From: Vulcanimicrobiota bacterium
GTDB taxonomy: Bacteria; Vulcanimicrobiota; Vulcanimicrobiia; Vulcanimicrobiales; Vulcanimicrobiaceae
Direction of reading: 5' to 3'
DNA: 64,000 bases
Assembly (NCBI GenBank): GCA_963833095.1
Contig: CAWHWQ010000003.1
Coordinates: 96,001-160,000 of the forward strand
The notes beneath the pieces were generated by a model. That model did no database searches, was not told the origin of the DNA, and saw nothing but the letters and a program-made list of their open reading frames with translations. The position numbers were made by a program, and so were the translations under genes. Shown piece by piece: positions 1 through 7,670 of the stretch. Position 1 is the first letter of the stretch. Each line of letters begins with the position of its first letter.

Positions 1-1217
1 CAGATGTTTCGCGAAACGTGGCGCATCGAGCGCTACTGGTTCTACGATCCGCACTATCACGGTCTCGACATCGGCGCCGCGGAAAAACGATTCGCGGCGT
101 TCTTGCCGGGACTCGCTTCGCGGTCGGACTTCACCTATCTCACCCAGCAGATGATCGGGTATCTTTCGGTCGGGCATCTGTGGGTCTATCCGGGTGTCGC
201 GCCGCCGAAAACCGCATCACGTGAACGTCGGCCTACTCGGCGCCGACTACACCGTGATCACAATGGCATTCCGCTTCGCCAAAATCTACAACGGTGAAAA
301 TTGGAATCCGCAGCTGCACGCGCCGCTGACACAACCCGGCGTGAACGTGCACGTCGGTGACTACTTGCTTGCAGTCAACGGCTATCCCGTGCACGCGGAT
401 CGCGAGGTCTCCGCCGACTTCCAAGAAACCGCCGGGAAGCAAACCACGATCACGGTCGGCCTCCAATGCCGAGCGGAGCGGCTCGCGCAACGTCGTCGTC
501 GTGCCGCTTGCCGAGCGAAGCGGCCTTGCGCAACCTTGCGTGGATCGAACACAACCGCCGAGAAGTCGATCGCCTGAGCGGCGGCAAGCTCGGCTACGTC
601 TACATGCCCGATACGGCGTACGGCGGGTTCACCAATTTCAATCGCTACTTCTTCGCGCAGGTCGGCAAACAAGGCATCGTCCTCGACGAACGCTACAACC
701 ACGGCGGCCAAATCGCCGACTACGTGATCGACGTGCTCAGCCGCAAGCGACCGGCGATCATCAAAGGACGCGACGGGCATGCCGTACACCGATCCGCCGC
801 TGGCGATCTTCGGGCCTAAGGTGATGATCATCAATCAGTACGCGGGCTCGGGCGGCGACGCGATGCCGTGGCTTTTCGAAAAGGCCGAACCTCGGTCCGC
901 TCGTCGGCGTGCGGACCTGGGGCGGGCTCGTCGGCATCGGCGGTTATCCGACCCTGATGGACGGCGGCAGCGTCATGGCGCCGCGCGTGGCGATCGGCGG
1001 TCTTCACGGCCAGTGGGAGGTCGAGGGCCACGGCATTGCGCCGGACATCGAGGTGCAGCAAGATCCCAAACTCGTGCGCGAAGGCCACGATCCGCAACTC
1101 GAAGCCGCGGTCGCAACCGCGATGAAAGAGCTACGCGAGCATCCGATTCCGCACTATACGCCCCCGGCATTTCCGGATCACCATCCGGTCTTGCCGCCGA
1201 TCGTCCAAAAATCGTAG
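1..1217 (+). CDS. Tricorn-like S41 family protease, C-terminal part (PDZ plus S41 domain); 5'-truncated by the window and split by several frameshifts
   Basis: Pieces in successive frames join into a tricorn-like C-terminus: FRETWRIERYWFYDP..., PLTQPGVNVHVGDYLLAVNG (PDZ), KLGYVYMPDT...DERYNHGGQ, INQYAGSGGD (catalytic Ser), RTWGGLVGI...EGHGIAPDIEV. Confidence 0.85.
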
Positions 1218-1942
1218 GTGAGCTCGGGATCGGTGAAATAGGCGTCGGGTATGGAGAAGAAGCCGTTCTTCGCATAAGCGCTTCCCAGCGAATTGCGCGC
1301 GATGAACGTCTTTTTGGCGCTGTCGTAGCCGACGGCGATCAGCGCGTGGCCGCCGAACAGCGTGTCGGTCTTTCGCGGAAGGCGCAGGTATGCGGTTCGC
1401 GCCGCCTGCGTGAACGGTTCCTCGTAGGCTTGGATGCCAAAGATGAACGCGCTTCCCTGGGCGAGCGCCGCGCGCAGCGGGTCAAGCTCCTGAGCAATGC
1501 GGTGGTAACGGATCGGGCGAATCAGAGCGTCGCTGTAGCAGGCGCGCAAAGGACGCGTGGTGACCGCATCCTTGCGGTAGGGCCACTGCCGCTCCGGACA
1601 CGCGCCGTGGCGCGCGAGCGCTTTGATCGCGATACGAATCGTGGTGCCGCAATCCTTGCGCTGCGTCTTGGAGAACGCGCGCGCGTTGTAGTACATAAAG
1701 AGACGCGACAGAGGCGCCATTGGCTCGTCGAGCTCATTAGCGATCAGGGTCATCGCCGAAGCGAGGGCGTTGGCACTGCAGCTCTGGATGCGGTACTGTT
1801 GGTAGACTTTGCCGCAAAACTGCGAAAGATCGGCCAGTCGCGGAAGCCGCTCGAGCTTCGGGACAAAGCGCCGATCGCGCGAATCGGGCTCGTCACGATA
1901 GCCGCCGGGATGAAATTGCAACGCTGCCATGAACCGCTCCAT
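1178..1942 (-). CDS. Papain-like C1 family cysteine peptidase (no signal peptide)
   Basis: QYRIQSCSANA (oxyanion Gln and catalytic Cys), GGHALIAVGYD (His), FIARNSLG (Asn), SRLFMYYNAR; start could also be 1930 or 1957. Confidence 0.85.
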   Translation of the reverse strand: MERFMAALQFHPGGYRDEPDSRDRRFVPKLERLPRLADLSQFCGKVYQQYRIQSCSANALASAMTLIANELDEPMAPLSRLFMYYNARAFSKTQRKDCGTTIRIAIKALARHGACPERQWPYRKDAVTTRPLRACYSDALIRPIRYHRIAQELDPLRAALAQGSAFIFGIQAYEEPFTQAARTAYLRLPRKTDTLFGGHALIAVGYDSAKKTFIARNSLGSAYAKNGFFSIPDAYFTDPELTYDFWTIGGKTGW

Positions 1943-1947
1943 TCGGT

Positions 1948-2885
1948 ATGAGCCCACAACAAGCCGCCACGCTACACGTCACCAACGGCGACGCCGTGGT
2001 CTATCTCTTTAAGAAAGCCGGAGTCGTGGGCACGCACGTGCCGTGGCGCGATATTTTGCACGAGGGCCCCGTGCCTGCCGGCGCTACGCTCGAGCAACTC
2101 AGCCGAGTTCGCGGCGAATATCTGGCCTCACGCGGCTTCGGCAAGCCGATCAAACTCTTGCACGATTTTTCCTCGCGCGACGCCACGCTTCGTCGCGCGC
2201 CCGAATTCTCCGAAGTGGTCTTGTGGTTCGAACACGATCTCTACGATCAATTGCAACTAGTGCAGGTGCTTGCCGAGCTCGATGCGATGGGTCTGGAGGC
2301 GGGGGCGTCAGCCTCGTGCAAAGCGACGTCTATCTGGGAAGCATGAGCGTGGATGAGTTGCTCGCACTGTATCCTCGGCGCAAAACGGTAAGTGCCGCGA
2401 CATTCGAGCAGGCGCGCGTCGCGTGGGATGCTCTGCGCGCAGAGGAGCCCGATGCGCTCCTCGCGTTCACGCAGCGCGACGCGCAAGGCCTGCCGCACTT
2501 GCGTAATGCGCTGCGCCGCTTATGCCAAGAGTATCCTTGGAGCGATGATGGTCTGTCTCGCTCGCAGCGCCACGCATTGCAAGCCGTCGCGCTCGGACCG
2601 ACGAATGCCGACGAACTTTTTCGGCGCGCGCAGTCGCGTGAAGAAGCGCCGTTCCTCGGCGATCTCGCCTTCGCGGCGATCGTGCGTGATTTGCAAAGCG
2701 GTCCCGCGCCGCTTATCGAGGGCGAAGATGGCGCGCTCGAGCCGACCGCGCGCGGCCGTTCGACTTTGGCCGGCGGCGAAGATTGGCTCGCGGTGCAGCC
2801 GCTGGATCGCTGGATCGGCGGCGTGCATCTCGCGACGGAGCACGCGTACCGATGGAACGACGACACCGGACGATTCGTGTCGTGA
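1948..2885 (+). CDS. DUF1835-like protein, one frameshift near 2300
   Basis: LHVTNGD...VPWRDILHEGPVP...VVLWFEHDLYDQLQL in ORF 1948-2346 continues as ...YPWSDDGLSRSQRH...PFLGD...DRWIGGVHL...YRWN in ORF 2043-2885. Confidence 0.75.
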
Positions 2886-3220
2886 CGCCGCGCGAGCTGA
2901 TCGAAGAATTGGTCGGCGCCTGGCAAAGCGGTGACGCGCATCGCGCTGCCGCATTTTTCGCACCGGATGCTGTGTATCACGAATCGGGCCAACAACCGAT
3001 CGTCGGACGCGCCGCGATTTTCGCGCACTTCGCGCGTTTTTTTCGCGATGGGCCCGCATGGCGCTTCGATATCGACGAGATGATCGTCGAGGGCGAGCAT
3101 GCAGCGGTCGGTTATCGTTTCGGTATAAATCGCGACGGTACGTGGACCACGAGCGGCGGTTGCGCTCTGGTGCATTGTAAAGAAAACCTTATTGCGCAAT
3201 GGCGCGAGTATCGCGGCTGA
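2882..3220 (+). CDS. NTF2/SnoaL-like protein
   Basis: GTG start overlaps the upstream stop (GTGA); AWQSGD...FFAPDAVYHE...VGRAAIFAHFARF...EGEHAAV...IAQWREY is a typical SnoaL pattern. Confidence 0.8.
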   Translation: MTPRELIEELVGAWQSGDAHRAAAFFAPDAVYHESGQQPIVGRAAIFAHFARFFRDGPAWRFDIDEMIVEGEHAAVGYRFGINRDGTWTTSGGCALVHCKENLIAQWREYRG

Positions 3221-3295
3221 GGAGTGTTAGCTTTCCGAACGGTGCGACTGCAGGTGCACCCTGAGCCTGCGGTCGCCCTTAGTATGACGTAGAAC

Positions 3296-3350
3296 TAGCG
3301 CGTCTGCTCGGGGCGTTAGCGGTCAAAGCTTCACTGAGCAACGTCAGCTA
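3296..3350 (+). promoter_or_regulatory. Putative 5' leader hairpin directly upstream of the pilin SD (AAGGA); copy at 4706-4760
   Basis: TAGC/GCTA, GCGT/ACGT, TGCTCRG/CTGAGCA and AGC/GCT stacked stems; the G3310/A4720 difference keeps pairing (G-U vs A-U). Confidence 0.5.
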
Positions 3351-3365
3351 AGGATTAGAATTAAC

Positions 3366-3908
3366 TTGAACAGAGTACTTATGTCTCTACCGGCACTTGT
3401 GATGGCCGGAGTCTTCGCGGTGACAAGCCCGGCGATGGCAAGCAACCCAACCGCGAGCGGCACGCTCGCCGTGAGCGCCACGGTGGCGAGCTCGATCAGT
3501 ATGACTTTTGTAACCGACGCGTCGGGCATCGCGCTGGGCGGCTCGGGAACCAACGCTGCAACGCTCGCCTTTGGGTCGATTCAAGCCTACGGTGGAGTGG
3601 TTCCGACCGGCGCCACGCGCGTCGTCAACGGTACGACCAGTTTCACGTACAGCAGCCCGTTTGGCGTCAACGTCGCCGAAGAGAATTCGGCGAGCGCCAC
3701 CTATACGCTGGCTGCCCTGCTGAGCGCTACGAGCCCAGATACGTTCGCGGTCGATGCGGTTACACTTACGACCGCGTCGCAGACGATCACCGCAACCGGC
3801 GCCTACGGCGCCAACGCGACCCATACGCTTGCGCTAACGGTTCCGTTTAGCATCGCCAGCGGCACCGTGATCAATTCGAACGTGAATTTCACGGCCACCG
3901 CAAACTAA
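3366..3908 (+). CDS. Secreted pilin-like subunit A1 (putative major pilin)
   Basis: Sec signal ending ..PAMA; alternating N-terminal strand SGTLAVSATVA; A/T/S/G-rich beta protein with no Cys; C-terminal VNFTATAN; TTG start after SD AAGGA (alternative ATG at 3381). Confidence 0.7.
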   Translation: MNRVLMSLPALVMAGVFAVTSPAMASNPTASGTLAVSATVASSISMTFVTDASGIALGGSGTNAATLAFGSIQAYGGVVPTGATRVVNGTTSFTYSSPFGVNVAEENSASATYTLAALLSATSPDTFAVDAVTLTTASQTITATGAYGANATHTLALTVPFSIASGTVINSNVNFTATAN

Positions 3909-3924
3909 AAGAGCGGTCGGGAGA

Positions 3925-3950
3925 GATACTCGCGCAATGGCGCGGGTATC
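3925..3950 (+). terminator. Hairpin after pilin A1 (terminator or mRNA stabiliser)
   Basis: GATACTCGCGC-AATG-GCGCGGGTATC, an 11-bp stem with one G-U; no U tract. Confidence 0.45.
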
Positions 3951-4061
3951 GTGGCTAATGGTCATTCCTGGTTATAAACGCTTTTCATCGCGCGTAATCG
4001 TGTCGATTGTTCGCTTTGCGCGCGGTTCGACCGCAGAGGCACTAAAGGATCAATTCTTCTC

Positions 4062-4601
4062 TTGAACAGAGTTCGGATGTCTCTACCGGCAATCGTGATG
4101 GCCGGATTCCTCGCGGTCTCGAGTCCGGCACCCGCAGCGGTGAGAGCAAGCGGCGCGCTCAGCGTAAGTGCCACGGTGGCAAGCTCGATCGGTCTGACCT
4201 TCACCAGCTCCAGCACGGGCGTGACCTTGGGCGGCGCGGGCACGAGCGCAGCAACGATGGCTTTCGGCTCGATCTCTCCCCACGGCGGAACGATGCCGAC
4301 CGGCGCCAAGCGCGTCAATAACGGGACGACCAGCTACACCTACAGCAGTCCGTTCGACATCACGGTCACGGAGCAGAACTCGTCAAGCAGCTGCTATACG
4401 CTTGCTGCCTTGCTGAGCGCTTCGAGCACGGATACGTTCACCATCGATGCAGTGACACTCTCGACCACCTTGCAGACGATAACCGCAACCGGCGTCTATG
4501 CGAGGAGCGAACAACATACGCTTGCGCTGACGGTTCCGCTGAGCGTTGCGGGGGGCACTGCGATCAATGACACCGTGGATTTCACCGCGACCGCGAACTA
4601 A
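4062..4601 (+). CDS. Secreted pilin-like subunit A2 (diverged paralogue)
   Basis: Aligns end to end with A1 (SGALSVSATVASSI, NGTTSYTYSSPF, YTLAALLSA, HTLALTVP, VDFTATAN); SD AAGGA. Confidence 0.7.
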   Translation: MNRVRMSLPAIVMAGFLAVSSPAPAAVRASGALSVSATVASSIGLTFTSSSTGVTLGGAGTSAATMAFGSISPHGGTMPTGAKRVNNGTTSYTYSSPFDITVTEQNSSSSCYTLAALLSASSTDTFTIDAVTLSTTLQTITATGVYARSEQHTLALTVPLSVAGGTAINDTVDFTATAN

Positions 4602-4634
4602 AAAAGCGTCTTTTATCGCACGAAAACCGCCGAC

Positions 4635-5321
4635 TGTTAGCTTTCCGAACGGTGCGACTGCAGGTGCACCCTGTGCCTGCGATCGCCCTTAGTATGAAGT
4701 AGAACTAGCGCGTCTGCTCAGGGCGTTAGCGGTCAAAGCTTCACTGAGCAACGTCAGCTAAGGATTAGAATTAACTTGAACAGAGTACTTATGTCTCTAC
4801 CGGCACTTGTGATGGCCGGAGTCTTCGCGGTGACAAGCCCGGCGATGGCAAGCAACCCAATCGCGAGCGGCACGCTCGCCGTGAGCGCCACGGTGGCGAG
4901 CTCGATCAGTATGACTTTTGTAACCGACGCGTCGGGCATCGCGCTGGGCGGCTCGGGAACCAACGCTGCGACGCTCGCCTTTGGGTCGATTCAAGCCTAC
5001 GGTGGAGTGGTTCCGACCGGCGCCACGCGCGTCGTCAACGGTACGACCAGTTTCACGTACAGCAGCCCGTTTGGCGTCAACGTCGCCGAAGAGAATTCGG
5101 CGAGCGCCACCTATACGCTGGCTGCCTTGTTGAGCGCGACGAGCCCGGACACATTTGCCGTCGACGCAGTTACCCTTTCGACCGCGTCTCAGACGATTAC
5201 CGCGACCGGCGTTTACGCTAGCAACGCGACCCACACGCTTGCGCTAACGGTACCGTTTAGCATCGCCAGCGGCACCGTGATCAATTCGAACGTGAATTTC
5301 ACGGCCACCGCAAACTAAAAG
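4635..5321 (+). repeat. Direct repeat copy 2 of the pilin unit
   Basis: Matches 3225-3911. Confidence 0.95.
4776..5318 (+). CDS. Secreted pilin-like subunit A3 (5 aa differences from A1)
   Basis: 180 aa, near-identical to 3366-3908. Confidence 0.7.
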   Translation: MNRVLMSLPALVMAGVFAVTSPAMASNPIASGTLAVSATVASSISMTFVTDASGIALGGSGTNAATLAFGSIQAYGGVVPTGATRVVNGTTSFTYSSPFGVNVAEENSASATYTLAALLSATSPDTFAVDAVTLSTASQTITATGVYASNATHTLALTVPFSIASGTVINSNVNFTATAN

Positions 5322-5386
5322 GCGCTCGCTTGCGAGGAAGCCGGCGCAGGCTGCGCCGGTTATATCCGCCAACATGGAGTCAATCT

Positions 5387-6403
5387 ATGGGTCGCCAATG
5401 CGCAATAACACTGCTCTTGGCGCTCCTTCTTGGCGGAGTGGGGCGGGCTGCTCCCGTTGCGCCATCGTCGCAAAGCACCGAGCTCATCCTTCAGGTCGGC
5501 GTCACCACGACGATCGCGCTGGTGCTCCTAACCAGTAGCGGCGGCTGCCCGCTGGTCAACTCGAATTCGAACGCGACGGCCATCGACCTCGGCCAGGCAA
5601 GCTTGAGCACCTATACGTCGTGCGCTAGCTACTCGAGCGGTCGCACCTATCAACTCTCAACGAGTCTGAGCGCCGAAGCGACCTGCTCGGGAACGTGCAC
5701 CAATTGGAACCTGAGCGCGCGCCTCAACTCCGCGGCGCAGGCGGGCACAACCTGGTTTGTTGGAACCTCCAATCTCACCACCACCAATCAGACGATTGGG
5801 AGTAACCTTTCCTACGGGTCGCTCCAAAACGGACCGGTCCAACTTACCGTCAATACGTCGACTGCCCCGACCGGCGCGCTCCAGCAGGGGATCACAATAA
5901 CAGCCACAGCAAACGGCGTAGCCGCGACGGCAAGCGCGACGCTGAACCTCGAGGAAATCAACCAGCCCGGAATCTCAATCTTTCTCGCGGCGGATGCGAG
6001 CGGTGCTCCCGTCACCGGCGGCGCCTTCAATGCGGCGCTGGATTTTGGTACGGTTTCAGCCGCCGGATCACTGCCAACCGGCGTGACGCGCCCGACGGTG
6101 ACCGCGTCGTCGTTCACGGTTGCGACGATCGTCGACATCGATGTAGAGAAGGGCGGCTATACGAGCAGCAACTACACGATGCGCGCGGCGCTAGGCGCGG
6201 CCGCGCCCACCGGACTGACGTATTTGGCAAATGGCGTGACGCTTACGACGTCCGCGCAGACGATTACCAGTACGGGAGCCTATAACACCAATCAAGCCTA
6301 CGCGTTGGACATCGTAATCAAGACGGCGGCACCCGCATCGGGTGGTCCAACCGTCGGTACGCTGCTCTCCGACACGATCGACTTTACGGCGACGGCGAAC
6401 TAG
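5387..6403 (+). CDS. Secreted two-domain pilin-like protein (minor pilin or adhesin candidate)
   Basis: ATG 5387 after GGAG; signal peptide; two pilin-like repeats ending ITATAN and FTATAN; four Cys in the first mature domain. Confidence 0.65.
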   Translation: MGRQCAITLLLALLLGGVGRAAPVAPSSQSTELILQVGVTTTIALVLLTSSGGCPLVNSNSNATAIDLGQASLSTYTSCASYSSGRTYQLSTSLSAEATCSGTCTNWNLSARLNSAAQAGTTWFVGTSNLTTTNQTIGSNLSYGSLQNGPVQLTVNTSTAPTGALQQGITITATANGVAATASATLNLEEINQPGISIFLAADASGAPVTGGAFNAALDFGTVSAAGSLPTGVTRPTVTASSFTVATIVDIDVEKGGYTSSNYTMRAALGAAAPTGLTYLANGVTLTTSAQTITSTGAYNTNQAYALDIVIKTAAPASGGPTVGTLLSDTIDFTATAN

Positions 6404-6900
6404 TGCGCAAGATCTGTTTCGTTCTGGCTTCATTGCTGCTTCTCGGGGCGGCAAAGTCGGCCGCCGGAATGCCCGCAACGAGCGGCTCGATTGCGGTGGC
6501 CGTGGTGCAACTTCCCGAGGGTGCAATTATTGCAGGGGCGGCAGGTACGGCGATCGCCGAACTCGGCACCGTTTCTTCGAATGTGCGCACTACGAGCCCG
6601 GGCGTTGCGATCGTCCGGCGCGCCACGTCGTACGTCGTGGTCACGCTCATTGGACTGCGCGCGACGAGCTCAGGTGCGCTTGGGACGGTCGCACTTGCGG
6701 CATATCTCAGCGCTCCGATTCCGGGCGTTTCCGTGCGGCTCGACGGGGTCGATCTCTCCACCTTTCCGCAGCTCTTTGCCGCGCACGTTCCACTGAACGT
6801 CGTTTCGCGTCACAAGCTCGAGCTCGAAATTCCCAACGGCATGAGCCCGCAACTAATTCCGTCCCAAATTCCGCTCGAATTTCAGGCACAGGAAGAATAA
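6403..6900 (+). CDS. Secreted divergent pilin-like protein lacking the N-terminal extension
   Basis: Signal peptide; LAAYLSA, LDGVDLST, HKLELEIP and LEFQAQ align with pilin motifs LAALLSA, VDAVTLTT, HTLALTVP and VNFTAT. Confidence 0.55.
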   Translation: MRKICFVLASLLLLGAAKSAAGMPATSGSIAVAVVQLPEGAIIAGAAGTAIAELGTVSSNVRTTSPGVAIVRRATSYVVVTLIGLRATSSGALGTVALAAYLSAPIPGVSVRLDGVDLSTFPQLFAAHVPLNVVSRHKLELEIPNGMSPQLIPSQIPLEFQAQEE

Positions 6901-6902
6901 TC

Positions 6903-7670
6903 ATGAAATTTGCGGCCGCATTGTTGTTCGTACTCGCTACGACGGCGCAATCGCTCGCTCAGAGCGCGCCGAGCCTCTCACTCTCGCCGTCGGTCGTGAT
7001 CCTCAAGGCGACGTTCGGGCAAACGATTAAACAATCGATCGGGCTCAACAACGGCACCGGCCAAGGCCTCGATTTCGAAATGATCGCCGACGACGTGGTC
7101 GTCAAGAACGGGAAACGCGTATTCGTCGCGGCCGGGGAACTGCCGCATTCGATCGCTGCCACGGCGGTGTTCTCCGAGCGGTCCGGGCACGTCGCGCCCG
7201 GCTCGAGCCAGGCGATTCAAGTACTCCTGACGATCCCAGACCAAACCACGATCCGTGCAGTAGCGATTTACTTCCGTTCCAAGCACGTAGCTGTCGAACA
7301 TGGCACTGTTTCGATCACGGCTACCGTGGGAGCGTTGATTACCTTTATTCTGAGCGACAACGCGGTCGTGCAGGCCGATCCCGTTCGCGTGCATGCGGCG
7401 ACCGCGAGCGAGAACTTGAAGATCGTCGAAGCGCTCAAGAACACGGGCAGCGAGCCGGTCGTGCCTGACGGCGTTGCCGCCTTCCTCGACGCGAGCGGTT
7501 CGCTCGTGGCCAAGATTCCTTTTCAATCCCAGCGGTTATTACCGGGCGAACGTCTCGATTTCTCCGCCGAGTACGCCGGACGTTTGAAACCCGGCACCTA
7601 TCGCGTCCTCTGCACGTTTTCGTATGAAGGCAAGGCGTTGACGAACAGCGCGGAGATGCGAGTGCGTTGA
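6903..7670 (+). CDS. Periplasmic chaperone-like protein (two Ig-like domains; PapD/DUF916-like)
   Basis: Signal peptide; LSLSPSVV start, IGLNN, VAPGSSQAIQV, then LKNTGSEPV...RLLPGERLDF...LKPGTYRV, typical of fimbrial chaperone-like proteins. Confidence 0.65.
   Translation: MKFAAALLFVLATTAQSLAQSAPSLSLSPSVVILKATFGQTIKQSIGLNNGTGQGLDFEMIADDVVVKNGKRVFVAAGELPHSIAATAVFSERSGHVAPGSSQAIQVLLTIPDQTTIRAVAIYFRSKHVAVEHGTVSITATVGALITFILSDNAVVQADPVRVHAATASENLKIVEALKNTGSEPVVPDGVAAFLDASGSLVAKIPFQSQRLLPGERLDFSAEYAGRLKPGTYRVLCTFSYEGKALTNSAEMRVR

Larger units (their letters stand above)
3225..3911 (+). repeat. Direct repeat copy 1 (about 687 bp: upstream region, leader and pilin-like gene); copy 2 at 4635-5321
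   Basis: Co-linear with 4635-5321 at an offset of exactly 1410 bp; by eye 6 mismatches in 3225-3716, 23 in 3717-3842 and none after. Confidence 0.95.

Noticed and set aside
3225..5321. Repeats as a CRISPR array or IS copies
   Set aside because: The units are whole-gene duplications with no short repeat-spacer periodicity, transposase or cas genes.
3366..6900. Subunits as type IV/Tad pilins or sortase pilins
   Set aside because: They have ordinary Sec signal peptides without a class III G/FxxxE site or LPxTG anchor, and no ATPase, prepilin peptidase or sortase is in the locus.
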